From Eledone cirrhosa (Eukaryota), in the NCBI GenBank assembly GCA_964016885.1, contig OZ024763.1, positions 992,001 to 1,056,000 of the forward strand: 64,000 nt of DNA, read 5' to 3'. Below, one piece after another: positions 1 through 13,628 of the stretch. A model generated the notes under the pieces. The model did no database searches. It was not told where the DNA came from and saw nothing but the letters and a program-made list of their open reading frames with translations. Within the stretch, counting starts at the first letter, position 1. The number at the start of each line of letters is the position of its first letter. The translations under genes were made by a program, and so were the position numbers.

Positions 1-864
1 GTGGCATTTGTTCTAGATCTCTTACTCTGAGTTCGAATCTTGCCGGGATTGACTATACCTTTCTTCCTTCCAGGATCAATTAAAAATACTAGGGGTTGCT
101 ATAATTAATTTTCCTCTCCCCAATTACTGACCTTGTGCCTAAATTAGAAACCATTATTAGGACAGTGTTTGGAACATAACTTAACAAAGGTTCTTACCTA
201 GAATTATGATGGAAGGTTTTTAGATAAATATAAACAGTTTAACCCTTTAGCATTTAAACTGGCCATATCCAGCCAGAATTCTTTCTCCTCTTTCTGTTCA
301 AACTGGTTGTAACCAGCTGCTCATACTTATATTAAGGTATTGTTCTCAAAATAAGTAATATCAAAATCTCATAGATTTGATATAAGTACTGGGGTCGATT
401 CGTCCCCCATATCTCTTTCTCAGTTTTTCTCTATCACTCCAATTTTGGAATAAATCTGCTATATTCGGACCTGGAGAGGTTTGGGTCCCACCAGGTTTTA
501 AAATTGCCCTAGAAATGTGTGTCAATACAGTTCCCCTATGACTCCCTCAGGAGTTACGGGACCATGTATGTAAATATTGTCACAACCCAGTCATCCCTCC
601 TCTAATCTGCCATTAGATGAAGGGGGTCAATTGCCTAAAACGTTTAAGGGTCTCTGATATAAATAGTGATGGATTGGAGAAGGGCATGACTGGAACTTAG
701 ACATAGGCCCAACAATATTTCAAGGGTGCAAAATTAATTATAGACTTAGTCATTTTCTTTGTATTGCCAGAGAAAGATTGATCAATAACAGGGTTCCACA
801 CCTTGCTAAACTGTAAGTTGAAATTATTTGGGGGAGAAGAGAGTGCTTACCTGGAAGGAGATAC

Positions 865-1205
865 TCATTGTAGAGCTAGCCTAGGGTGTTAAATACTCAG
901 ACATACATTGTTGAGCTAGCCTAGACTATTAAATATGCATGTATAGTGCTAGTCTATCAAATAAATACCCAGTTACACATTGTAGAACTAGACCAGGGTG
1001 TTAAATACCTAGATACAACTTGTAGAGCTAATCCTATGGTGTTAAATACCCAGTTACACATTGTAAAGCTAGGTTGAGTGTTAAATATCCAGGTACACAT
1101 TATAGAGCTCTCCAATGGTGTTAGATACACATTGTAAAGCTAACCTAGAGTATTAGATACCCAGGTATACACTGTAAAGCTCAACTGGGGTATTTAATTC
1201 TCAGG
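865..1205. repeat. Degenerate minisatellite of about 40 bp (acacattgtagagctagcctagggtgttaaataccc), about 8 copies
   Basis: Recurring cattgtaRagct..ttaaatac motif. Confidence 0.7.
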
Positions 1206-2919
1206 TGCCAGCTCTGGTCATTTCATGTAAAATATGTTTGAATGTGATTTTGTTTTAAATTTTCTTTTTTATCTAAATAAATTTAAAAATATCAGAAACT
1301 ATCCTGAGACTTTTGGATGACCAGAGCTGTAATACAATCTTTCATTCCTTTGTTAAGTTATGTTCTAAATTCCAGTTTAACCCGTTTTATATCAAACTAC
1401 CTGAAACTCCCCCTGGTTCTATGATAATAATAATAATGGTTTCTGATATAGGCACAAGGCCAGCAATTTGGGGGGAGGGGAAAATCGATTAAATCGACCC
1501 CAGTACGTTAATGGTGCTTTATTTTATCGAGCCCGTAAGGGTGAAAGGCAAAGTTAACCTCAGCGGGATTTGAACTCAGACTGTAAAGGACCGTAACTCT
1601 ATTCTGCAAAGCATGGCATCCGACCCTCTACCGATACTGCCAATCCACCGCCCTCATATGATAATAATAATAATAAAAATTATTGTGTACAGTGCTCAGG
1701 TGCATTACAACTCATCAAAGGTGCATGTATAATACATAGAATAATGTACAAAAGTCAAGAAAGGGAACAGTGTATGGAGAGGCATATCAGATGTAGCGTT
1801 AGCAAATTTCATGAAACATGGAAGTTTTAAAGGATGCAGTGTCGTGACAGCTAACAACAGATGCAGGTAGTTTGTTCCATGGAGGTTTTAAAAGATGCAG
1901 TGTCTTGACAGCTAACAACAGATGCAGGTAGTTTGTTCCATGGAGGTTTTAAAGGATGCAGTGTCTTGACAGCTAACAACAGATGCAGGTAGTTTTTTCC
2001 ATGCTTCAGCAACTCTGAGAGTGAAAAACTGTTTCTGAAGGTCATGGGAGCTGTGCTATTTTCTGACTTTGTAAGCAGACCCGTCAACTCTCCCTGTTGG
2101 ACGGGGAGATCTCACACCCACTTTGGGGTGGGTGAGAAATGTCTTCTCTTGTGAAAATGGGTATAGCTTATATTATGTAAAATCTCCCCATTTCCCTCGT
2201 TTCTCCCCGTTTGGGTTTTTAGAATTTGGCTGGTCTATGTAATCGTGTCCAAGCATGTTAGACATTTTGAATTCAAAAAGGTACCCAGGGTTGTTGTTAG
2301 AAACACCATTTCCAAACAGCAGTTTAACATGATTTATATCAAACAACCTGAAATTACTCCTGGTTCCATGATAAAATACTGTTTATTTTGAAATGTATAT
2401 ATTTATCTAAAAATATTCCATTATAATTTAATGGAAGAATCTTAATTAGTCTGATATTGATGCGACCTGTCTGATAAAATGGTAAATTATTGTAAGCGAA
2501 GATATGGAACAAGGGAGGCAACTGCGTCAATAGCTGCTACATCAACGAAATAAAGTCATTCCTGTAACTGTTTTAAAAATGACTTGGCAGAATTAAAATG
2601 GACGTCATTGTGGTATTTCCTCTGACTCTTTATATTCAGAGTTCAAAGGCCGTCCAAGTTGACTTTGGTAGACAGAAACTGTTTGGAAGCCTGTCAAATG
2701 GAATTTACTTGTAATTAAAAAGACCAACCGTGTCATATATTTTGTAATGCTGAATCTCCCTGAGAAATACATTAAATATACACATGTCTGTTGAATACTC
2801 AGCCACTTATAATATAGTACAAGATGGACTGTACCTGTAATTCAAAGGGCCAGCCTTGTCATACACTATGTCAAGCTGAATCTTCTTACAATTTGCATCC
2901 CCAGTCTGGAACCCCTATT

Positions 2920-3443
2920 TTGCTCAGAACATTGACCTCCTGGAAACTGTTCAGAGACATCAGGCATCTACCAGACTCTGAACGTCTTGCTTCCCTGGGC
3001 ATGGATACATTGAAGCTCCAACGTCTGGCAACTGACTTGGTAAACACCCACAACATTATTAACCATCTTGCCAACAGCAACCCTGAGTACCTTTTTGATT
3101 TCCATGTGTCTAACACACGTGGGCATGCCAACAAAGTCAGAAAACAGTACAGCTCCCATGACTTTCGGATACATTTTTTCATGCTCAGAGTTGCTGAAGC
3201 ATGGAACAAACTACCTTCATCAGTTGTTAGCTGTCGAGACACTGCATCCTTTAAAACCTCCATGGAACAAACTACCTGCATCAGTTGTTAGTTGTCGAGA
3301 CACTGCATCCTTTAAAACCTCCATGGAACAAACTACCTTCATCAGTTGTTAGCTGTCGAGACACTGCATCCTTTAAAACCTCCATGGAACAAACTACCTG
3401 CATCAGTTGTTAGCTGTCAAGACACTGCATCTTTTAAAACCTC
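2920..3443 (+). pseudogene. CR1-like LINE 3' end with a 61-bp terminal segment repeated about 4 times
   Basis: NTRGH..K..HFFMLRVAEAWNKLPSSVV..SFK. An inverted related copy lies at about 1680-2075 and another at 28245-28520. Confidence 0.75.
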
Positions 3444-5925
3444 CATCCTGGATGCTGCAGACAAGGCAAAGATGTGTGGTATAATGTTTAGGGAGTTTAG
3501 CTAGTTACTCTTTGGCTCCGTCTCACATCCTGGATGCTGCAGACAAGGCAAAGATGTGTGGTATAATGTTTAGGGAGTTTAGCTAGTTACTCTTTTGCTC
3601 CGTCTCACATCCTGGATGCTGCAGACAAGGCAAAGATGTGTGGTATAATGTTTAGGGAGTTTAGCTAGTTACTCTTTTGCTCCGTCTCACATCCTGGATG
3701 CTGCAGACAAGGCAAAGATGTGTGGTATAATGTTTAGGGAGTTTAGCTAGTTACTCTTTTGCTCCGTCTCACATCCTGGATGCTGCAGACAAGGCAAAGA
3801 TGTGTGGTATAATGTTTAGAGAGTTTAGCTAGTTACTCTTTTGCTCCGTCTCACATCCTGGATGCTGCAGACAAGGCAAAGATGTGTGGTATAATGTTTA
3901 GGGAGTTTAGCTAGTTACTCTTTTGCTCCGTCTCACATCCTGGATGCTGCAGACAAGGCAAAGATGTGTGGTATAATGTTTAGGGAGTTTAGCTAGTTAC
4001 TCTTTTGCTCCGTCTCACATCCTGGATGCTGCAGACAAGGCAAAGATGTGTGGTATAATGTTTAGGGAGTTTAGCTAGTTACTCTTTTGCTCCGTCTCAC
4101 ATCCTGGATGCTGCAGACAAGGCAAAGATGTGTGGTATAATGTTTAGGGAGTTTAGCTAGTTACTCTTTTGTTCCTTCTCACATCCTGGATGCTGCAGAC
4201 AAGGCAAAGATGTGTGGTATAATGTTTAGGGAGTTTAGCTAGTTACTCTTTTGTTCCTTCTCACATCCTGGATGCTGCAGACAAGGCAAAGATGTGTGGT
4301 ATAATGTTTAGGGAGTTTAGCTAGTTACTCTTTTGCTCCGTCTCACATCCTGGATGCTGCAGACAAGGCAAAGATGTGTGGTATAATGTTTAGGGAGTTT
4401 AGCTAGTTACTCTTTTGCTCCGTCTCATATCCAGGATGCTGCAGACAAGGCAAAGATGGGTGGTATAATGTTTAGGGAGTTTAGCTAGTTACTCTTTTGC
4501 TCCGTCTCACATCCTGGATGCTGCAGACAAGGCAAAGATGTGTGGTATAATGTTTAGAGAGTTTAGCTAGTTACTCTTTTGCTCCGTCTCACATCCTGGA
4601 TGCTGCAGACAAGGCAAAGATGTGTGGTATAATGTTTAGGGAGTTTAGCTAGTTACTCTTTTGCTCCGTCTCACATCCTGGATGCTGCAGACAAGGCAAA
4701 GATGTGTGGTATAATGTTTAGGGAGTTTAGCTAGTTACTCTTTTGCTCCGTCTCACATCCTGGATGCTGCAGACAAGGCAAAGATGTGTGGTATAATGTT
4801 TAGGGAGTTTAGCTAGTTACTCTTTTGCTCCGTCTCACATCCTGGATGCTGCAGACAAGGCAAAGATGTGTGGTATAATGTTTAGAGAGTTTAGCTAGTT
4901 ACTCTTTTGCTCCGTCTCACATCCTGGATGCTGCAGACAAGGCAAAGATGTGTGGTATAATGTTTAGGGAGTTTAGCTAGTTACTCTTTTGCTCCGTCTC
5001 ACATCCTGGATGCTGCAGACAAGGCAAAGATGTGTGGTATAATGTTTAGGGAGTTTAGCTAGTTACTCTTTTGCTCCGTCTCACATCCTGGATGCTGCAG
5101 ACAAGGCAAAGATGTGTGGTATAATGTTTAGGGAGTTTAGCTAGTTACTCTTTTGCTCCGTCTCACATCCTGGATGCTGCAGACAAGGCAAAGATGTGTG
5201 GTATAATGTTTAGGGAGTTTAGCTAGTTACTCTTTTGCTCCGTCTCACATCCTGGATGCTGCAGACAAGGCAAAGATGTGTGGTATAATGTTTAGGGAGT
5301 TTAGCTAGTTACTCTTTTGCTCCGTCTCACATCCTGGATGCTGCAGACAAGGCAAAGATGTGTGCTATAATGTTTAGGGAGTTTAGCTCGTTACTCTTTT
5401 GCTCCGTCTCACATCCTGAATGCTGCAGACAAGGCAAAGATGTGTGGTATAATGTTTAGGGAGTTTAGCTAGTTACTCTTTTGCTCCGTCTCACATCCTG
5501 GATGCTGCAGACAAGGCAAAGATGTGTGGTATAATGTTTAGGGAGTTTAGCTAGTTACTCTTTTGCTCCGTCTCACATCCTGGATGCTGCAGACAAGGCA
5601 AAGATGTGTGGTATAATGTTTAGGGAGTTTAGCTAGTTACTCTTTTGCTCCGTCTCACATCCTGGATGCTGCAGACAAGGCAAAGATGTGTGGTATAATG
5701 TTTAGGGAGTTTAGCTAGTTACTCTTTTGCTCCGTCTCACATCCTGGATGCTGCAGACAAGGCAAAGATGTGTGGTATAATGTTTAGGGAGTTTAGCTAG
5801 TTACTCTTTTGCTCCGTCTCACATCCTGGATGCTGCAGACAAGGCAAAGATGTGTGGTATAATGTTTAGGGAGTTTAGCTAGTTACTCTTTTGCTCCGTC
5901 TCACATCCTGGATGCTGCAGACAAG
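3444..5925. repeat. 82-bp tandem satellite, about 30 near-identical copies
   Basis: Unit catcctggatgctgcagacaaggcaaagatgtgtggtataatgtttagggagtttagctagttactcttttgctccgtctca, starting at 3444, 3526 and so on. Confidence 0.97.
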
Positions 5926-6084
5926 ACAAAGGTTACTTCATCTGTAGCTGAATGGAAAATAATTCTAAAATAACAGTAATTATTGGCAAACTTCTTCTTC
6001 CAGCCTGTACCATTTGGAACGTTTGGGGGTGCTGGGTCACTGACAATGAGGTTGTTGTCATTGTTGGTGGCTCACCTTAGCGAG

Positions 6085-9000
6085 GTATCAGGTGATGTTC
6101 ATCTGAGGGTACTTAGTTGTTCCAGTGTCTTAGTCTCGCTATCACCCAGCCTTACCAAGGTATTAGGTGATGTTCATCTGAGGGTACTTAGTTGTTCCAG
6201 TGTCTTAGTCTCGCTATCACCCAGCCTTACCAAGGTATCAGGTGATGTTCATGTGAGGGTACTTAGTTGTTCCAGTGTCTTAGTCTCGCTATCTCCCAGC
6301 CTTACCAAGGTATCAGGTGATGTTCATGTGAGGGTACTTAGTTGTTCCAGTGTCTTAGTCTCGCTATCACCCAGCCTTACCAAGGTATCAGGTGATGTTC
6401 ATGTGAGGGTACTTAGTTGTTCCAGTGTCTTAGTCTCGCTATCACCCAGCCTTACCAAGGTATCAGGTGATGTTCATGTGAGGGTACTTAGTTGTTCCAG
6501 TGTCTTAGTCTCGCTATCACCCAGCCTTACCAAGGTATCAGGTGATGTTCATGTGAGGGTACTTAGTTGTTCCAGTGTCTTAGTCTCGCTATCTCCCAGC
6601 CTTACCAAGGTATCAGGTGATGTTCATGTGAGGGTACTTAGTTGTTCCAGTGTCTTAGTCTCACTATCACCCAGCCTTACCAAGGTATCAGGTGATGTTC
6701 ATGTGAGGGTACTTAGTTGTTCCAGTGTCTTAGTCTCGCTATCTCCCAGCCTTACCAAGGTATCAGGTGATGTTCATGTGAGGGTACTTAGTTGTTCCAG
6801 TGTCTTAGTCTCGCTATCACCCAGCCTTACCAAGGTATCAGGTGATGTTCATGTGAGGGTACTTAGTTGTTCCAGTGTCTTAGTCTCGCTATCACCCAGC
6901 CTTACCAAGGTATCAGGTGATGTTCATGTGAGGGTACTTAGTTGTTCCAGTGTCTTAGTCTCGCTATCTCCCAGCCTTACCAAGGTATCAGGTGATGTTC
7001 ATGTGAGGGTACTTAGTTGTTCCAGCATCTTAGTCTCGCTATCACCCAGCCTTACCAAGGTATCAGGTGATGTTCATGTGAGGGTACTTAGTTGTTCCAG
7101 CATCTTAGTCACGCTATCACCCAGCCTTACCAAGGTATTAGGTGATGTTCATGTGAGGGTACTTAGTTGTTCCAGTGTCTTAGTCTCGCTATCACCCAGC
7201 CTTACCAAGGTATTAGGTGATGTTCATGTGAGGGTACTTAGTTGTTCCAGCATCTTAGTCTCGCTATCACCCAGCCTTACCAAGGTATCAGGTGATGTTC
7301 ATGTGAGGGTACTTAGTTGTTCCAGCATCTTAGTCTCGCTATCACCCAGCCTTACCAAGGTATCAGGTGATGTTCATGTGAGGGTACTTAGTTGTTCCAG
7401 CATCTTAGTCTCGCTATCTCCCAGCCTTACCAAGGTGTCAGGTGATGTTCATGTGAGGGTACTTAGTTGTTCCAGTGTCTTAGTCTCGCTATCTCCCAGC
7501 CTTACCAAGGTATCAGGTGATGTTCATGTGAGGGTACTTAGTTGTTCCAGTGTCTTAGTCTCGCTATCACCCAGCCTTACCAAGGTATCAGGTGATGTTC
7601 ATGTGAGGGTACTTAGTTGTTCCAGTGTCTTAGTCTCGCTATCTCCCAGCCTTACCAAGGTATTAGGTGATGTTCATGTGAGGGTACTTAGTTGTTCCAG
7701 TGTCTTAGTCTCGCTATCACCCAGCCTTACCAAGGTATCAGGTGATGTTCATGTGAGGGTACTTAGTTGTTCCAGTGTCTTAGTCTCGCTATCTCCCAGC
7801 CTTACCAAGGTATCAGGTGATGTTCATGTGAGGGTACTTAGTTGTTCCAGTGTCTTAGTCTCGCTATCACCCAGCCTTACCAAGGTATCAGGTGATGTTC
7901 ATCTGAGGGTACTTAGTTGTTCCAGTGTCTTAGTCTCGCTATCTCCCAGCCTTACCAAGGTATCAGGTGATGTTCATGTGAGGGTACTTAGTTGTTCCAG
8001 TGTCTTAGTCTCGCTATCACCCAGCCTTACCAAGGTATTAGGTGATGTTCATGTGAGGGTACTTAGTTGTTCCAGTGTCTTAGTCTCGCTATCACCCAGC
8101 CTTACCAAGGTATCAGGTGATGTTCATGTGAGGGTACTTAGTTGTTCCAGCATCTTAGTCTCGCTATCTCCCAGCCTTACCAAGGTATCAGGTGATGTTC
8201 ATGTGAGGGTACTTAGTTGTTCCAGTGTCTTAGTCTCGCTATCACCCAGCCTTACCAAGGTGTCAGGTGATGTTCATGTGAGGGTACTTAGTTGTTCCAG
8301 TGTCTTAGTCTCGCTATCACCCAGCCTTACCAAGGTATCAGGTGATGTTCATGTGAGGGTACTTAGTTGTTCCAGTGTCTTAGTCTCGCTATCTCCCAGC
8401 CTTACCAAGGTATCAGGTGATGTTCATGTGAGGGTACTTAGTTGTTCCAGTGTCTTAGTCTCGCTATCACCCAGCCTTACCAAGGTGTCAGGTGATGTTC
8501 ATGTGAGGGTACTTAGTTGTTCCAGTGTCTTAGTCTCGCTATCACCCAGCCTTACCAAGGTGTCAGGTGATGTTCATGTGAGGGTACTTAGTTGTTCCAG
8601 TGTCTTAGTCTCGCTATCACCCAGCCTTACCAAGGTATCAGGTGATGTTCATGTGAGGGTACTTAGTTGTTCCAGTGTCTTAGTCTCGCTATCACCCAGC
8701 CTTACCAAGGTGTCAGGTGATGTTCATGTGAGGGTACTTAGTTGTTCCAGTGTCTTAGTCTCGCTATCACCCAGCCTTACCAAGGTATCAGGTGATGTTC
8801 ATGTGAGGGTACTTAGTTGTTCCAGTGTCTTAGTCTCGCTATCACCCAGCCTTACCAAGGTGTCAGGTGATGTTCATGTGAGGGTACTTAGTTGTTCCAG
8901 TGTCTTAGTCTCGCTATCTCCCAGCCTTACCAAGGTATCAGGTGATGTTCATGTGAGGGTACTTAGTTGTTCCAGTGTCTTAGTCTCGCTATCTCCCAGC

Positions 9001-9579
9001 CTTACCAAGGTATTAGGTGATGTTCATGTGAGGGTACTTAGTTGTTCCAGTGTCTTAGTCTCGCTATCACCCAGCCTTACCAAGGTATTAGGTGATGTTC
9101 ATGTGAGGGTACTTAGTTGTTCCAGTGTCTTAGTCTCGCTATCTCCCAGCCTTACCAAGGTATTAGGTGATGTTCATGTGAGGGTACTTAGTTGTTCCAG
9201 TGTCTTAGTCTCGCTATCACCCAGCCTTACCAAGGTATTAGGTGATGTTCATGTGAGGGTACTTAGTTGTTCCAGTGTCTTAGTCTCGCTATCACCCAGC
9301 CTTACCAAGATATCAGGTGATGTTCATGTGAGGGTACTTAGTTGTTCCAGTGTCTTAGTCTCGCTATCTCCCAGCCTTACCAAGGTATCAGGTGATGTTC
9401 ATGTGAGGGTACTTAGTTGTTCCAGCATCTTAGTCTCGCTATCACCCAGCCTTACCAAGGTGTCAGGTGATGTTCATGTGAGGGTACTTAGTTGTTCCAG
9501 CATCTTAGTCTCGCTATCACCCAGCCTTACCAAGGTATTAGGTGATGTTCATGTGAGGGTACTTAGTTGTTCCAGTGTC

Positions 9580-9610
<31 letters not shown>

Positions 9611-12600
9611 GGTTTAGCGTCCGTGTTCCACGCTTGCATGGGTTTGGACGGGGGTTTTCCCACTTGAGGCAAGAGTGGTTGTCTTGCTCGCATAGGACTG
9701 TCTGGCGGGTTTTCTACAGTTGGATGCCCTTCCTAACACCAACCACATTTACAGTGTGGGGCTGGGAGGTTTTTACCGTGTTGCCTACACGGCCACATTA
9801 CAGCGTGGACTGTCTGGCGGGTTTTCTACAGCTGGATGCCCTTCCTAACACCAACCACATTTACAGTGTGGGGCTGGGAGGTTTTTACTGTGTTGCCTAC
9901 ACGGCCACATTTACAGCGTGGACTGTGTGTTTTTTGTCGTGACACCTACACGATCTCATTTGTTTCGGCCTGGATGTTGTGGGACCAACATAACTTTACA
10001 TTGAAAGGGGCGGTGTGGGTGGGGTGGAGGGTGGTGGGACGGGGGTGTGTTTTGATAGAGATGCCTACTGACTGTAGTAGGTTTTTACTTTGTATTTAGG
10101 TAAGGCGGGTCTTCTCTATTACTGAGTACCGCCAAAGGTCTCGGTCCAGTGACATTGTCTTGGAGAGGTGTAAGCGTGTGAGGTCGGAATTTATCAGCTC
10201 GTCCCATGTTTTTCTGGGTCTGCCTACTCCGTGGCTACCGTCTATCTTTATTGCCCTGCACTTTGTTATACAGCTGTCGTCTTTCATGCGCATCACGTGA
10301 CCGTACCAACGTAGCCTTCTCTCGAGTAAACAACATCTGATCCCTCTTATTTCTAATTTTTTCCTTAGTTCGTTTATGCTTTGCCGTTCACGTATATTAC
10401 TATTGCACATCCAGCGGAGCATGCAAGCTTCGTTCCTCTCTAGTCTGCGTATATCCTCTGCACACAATGCCCAGGTCTCACTGCCATGCAGCATTGCTGT
10501 TCGTATGCAGGCATCGTATAACCTGCCTTTCATTTTTAGGGAGAACCCTCTAGCGGCTAATAGTGGTATAAGCTCTCTGAACTTTTTCCATCCAGTTCTG
10601 ACTCTAGCTACTGTACTTTCAGAGCACCCTCCCCCACTGCTGATTTTGTCACCCAGATAACGGAAGCTGTCCACTATTTCTATAGAACCCTCTGCGCAGT
10701 TGAAGGAGCTAGTATTTTGTGGGCACTTGCTGCTACTTATTGCACCAGAGCACCGGCCACATGTAAAATCTATGTTCTTAGTTAGCTTACCTGTGATCCC
10801 ACTACATCTTTTATGCACCCATACTTTGCATTTGGGACATAAAATGGAGTTTCTACCTACGCCTTTCCTACACACTGAGCATGGCCATTTCCCCGATGGG
10901 ACCGCCGCCTTATTTTCTTTCCTACAAACTAGAACTTTAGTCTTAGCCAGGTTAATTTTAAGGCCTTTTGATTCTAGGCCGTGCTTCCACGTTTGGAATT
11001 TCTTCTCTAGTTCGGTCATTGATTCAGCTATGAGCGTTAGATCATCTGCGTATAGGAGTTCCCATGGGCAGCCGGTCTTGAACTCCTCTGTTATAGCCTG
11101 AAGGGCAATAATAAATAGTAGGGGGCTAAGAACAGAGCCCTGATGGACACCAACTTTTACGCTAAACTCTTCACTATATTCGTTGTTAATTCTAACCTTA
11201 CTGACTGTTTCTTTATACATGGCTTGTATAGCTCTCACAAGCCATTCGTCAACACCTAGTTTTCTAAGAGACCACCAGATAATGGAACGGGGGACTCTGT
11301 CGAAGGCTTTCTCCAAGTCGACGAAAGCTAAGTATAGGGGTTTACTTTTAGCTAGGTACTTCTCCTGTAGTTGTCGTACAATGAAAAGAGCGTCTGTGGT
11401 ACTTTTGCCTGACACAAACCCGAACTGCATTTCATCTAGATCAATTCTCTCTCTGATTAGTTGCGCTATTACTTTTTCCGTGACCTTCATGACCTGGTCG
11501 ATTAATTTAATGCCTCTATAGTTACTCCTATCTAGGGCATCTCCTTTTCCCTTATAGCAGTTAACGATGATGCTGCTACGCCATTCCTTCGGAACAACCC
11601 CATTCTGTACGACTTGGTTAACTATCCGGGTGACCATGGTGTGTCCCACCGAACCAGATGCCTTCAGCATCTCAGCAACTATTTCCGAAGGCCCAGCCGC
11701 CTTACCCGTCTTCATATCTTTGATTGCCTTACTTATTATACTACCTTCAACTAACACTGCTGGTCCCTCTATTGGATCGATCTGGGGGAGACTGTCTTTC
11801 TCCCATTTGTTCTCCTCATTTAGAAGCCTTTCGTAGTGACACTTCCAAGCTACCTTCTTATCAGCGTCGGTGATGGCAAGTGTGCCATCGTCGTTTAGTA
11901 CACACTTCTCCCCGACAATATCACGGTTTTCCTTGACGCATTGCCTGGCACATAGTCTCGCTATCACCCAGCCTTACCAAGGTATTAGGTGATGTTCATG
12001 TGAGGGTACTTAGTTGTTCCAGTGTCTTAGTCTCGCTATCTCCCAGCCTTACCAAGGTATTAGGTGATGTTCATGTGAGGGTACTTAGTTGTTCCAGTGT
12101 CTTAGTCTCGCTATCTCCCAGCCTTACCAAGGTATTAGGTGATGTTCATGTGAGGGTACTTAGTTGTTCCAGTGTCTTAGTCTCGCTATCACCCAGCCTT
12201 ACCAAGGTATTAGGTGATGTTCATGTGAGGGTACTTAGTTGTTCCAGTGTCTTAGTCTCGCTATCTCCCAGCCTTACCAAGGTATTAGGTGATGTTCATG
12301 TGAGGGTACTTAGTTGTTCCAGTGTCTTAGTCTCGCTATCTCCCAGCCTTACCAAGGTATTAGGTGATGTTCATGTGAGGGTACTTAGTTGTTCCAGTGT
12401 CTTAGTCTCGCTATCTCCCAGCCTTACCAAGGTATTAGGTGATGTTCATGTGAGGGTACTTAGTTGTTCCAGTGTCTTAGTCTCGCTATCACCCAGCCTT
12501 ACCAAGGTATTAGGTGATGTTCATGTGAGGGTACTTAGTTGTTCCAGTGTCTTAGTCTCGCTATCTCCCAGCCTTACCAAGGTATTAGGTGATGTTCATG

Positions 12601-13628
12601 TGAGGGTACTTAGTTGTTCCAGTGTCTTAGTCTCGCTATCACCCAGCCTTACCAAGGTATCAGGTGATGTTCATGTGAGGGTACTTAGTTGTTCCAGTGT
12701 CTTAGTCTCGCTATCTCCCAGCCTTACCAAGGTATCAGGTGATGTTCATGTGAGGGTACTTAGTTGTTCCAGCATCTTAGTCTCGCTATCACCCAGCCTT
12801 ACCAAGGTATCAGGTGATGTTCATGTGAGGGTACTTAGTTGTTCCAGCATCTTAGTCTCGCTATCACCCAGCCTTACCAAGGTATCAGGTGATGTTCATG
12901 TGAGGGTACTTAGTTGTTCCAGTGTCTTAGTCTCGCTATCACCCAGCCTTACCAAGGTATCAGGTGATGTTCATGTGAGGGTACTTAGTTGTTCCAGTGT
13001 CTTAGTCTCGCTATCTCCCAGCCTTACCAAGGTATCAGGTGATGTTCATGTGAGGGTACTTAGTTGTTCCAGTGTCTTAGTCTCGCTATCTCCCAGCCTT
13101 ACCAAGGTATCAGGTGATGTTCATGTGAGGGTACTTAGTTGTTCCAGTGTCTTAGTCTCGCTATCACCCAGCCTTACCAAGGTATCAGGTGATGTTCATG
13201 TGAGGGTACTTAGTTGTTCCAGTGTCTTAGTCTCGCTATCACCCAGCCTTACCAAGGTATCAGGTGATGTTCATGTGAGGGTACTTAGTTGTTCCAGTGT
13301 CTTAGTCTCGCTATCTCCCAGCCTTACCAAGGTATCAGGTGATGTTCATGTGAGGGTACTTAGTTGTTCCAGTGTCTTAGTCTCGCTATCACCCAGCCTT
13401 ACCAAGGTGTCAGGTGATGTTCATGTGAGGGCACTTAGTTGTTCCAGTGTCTTAGTCTCGCTATCTCCCAGCCTTACCAAGGTATCAGGTGATGTTCATG
13501 TGAGGGTACTTAGTTGTTCCAGTGTCTTAGTCTCGCTATCTCCCAGCCTTACCAAGGTATCAGGTGATGTTCATGTGAGGGTACTTAGTTGTTCCAGTGT
13601 CTTAGTCTCACTATCACCCAGCCTTACT
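6085..13628. repeat. 75-bp tandem satellite (about 47 copies left and 22 right of a LINE insertion)
   Basis: Unit ggtgatgttcatgtgagggtacttagttgttccagtgtcttagtctcgctatcacccagccttaccaaggtatca. It generates the 1319-aa and 554-aa track ORFs. Confidence 0.97.
9581..11952 (-). mobile_element. Young 5'-truncated RTE-clade non-LTR retrotransposon (RT, PHD-like finger, 3' UTR, (TGA)n tail) inserted in the 75-bp array
   Basis: Uninterrupted ORF of about 620 aa (10096-11950) with RT motifs YRGIKL, QFGF, FVDLEKAFD, GVHQGSVLSP, YADD, FRYLG and the RTE C-terminus RRLRWYGHV..GRPRKTW. The endonuclease is absent. (cat)n tail at 9581-9610. Confidence 0.95.

Noticed and set aside
3444-5925. 82-bp array as a CRISPR array or bacterial promoter array (contains TATAAT and TTTAGGG)
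   Set aside because: Units are contiguous and near-identical with no unique spacers, there are no cas genes, the context is eukaryotic, and the short motifs are expected by chance.
5983-9942. 1319-aa and 554-aa ORFs as established genes
   Set aside because: A 75-bp stop-free unit produces them automatically. There is no domain, and the first ORF runs into the LINE tail. Kept only as a low-confidence finding.
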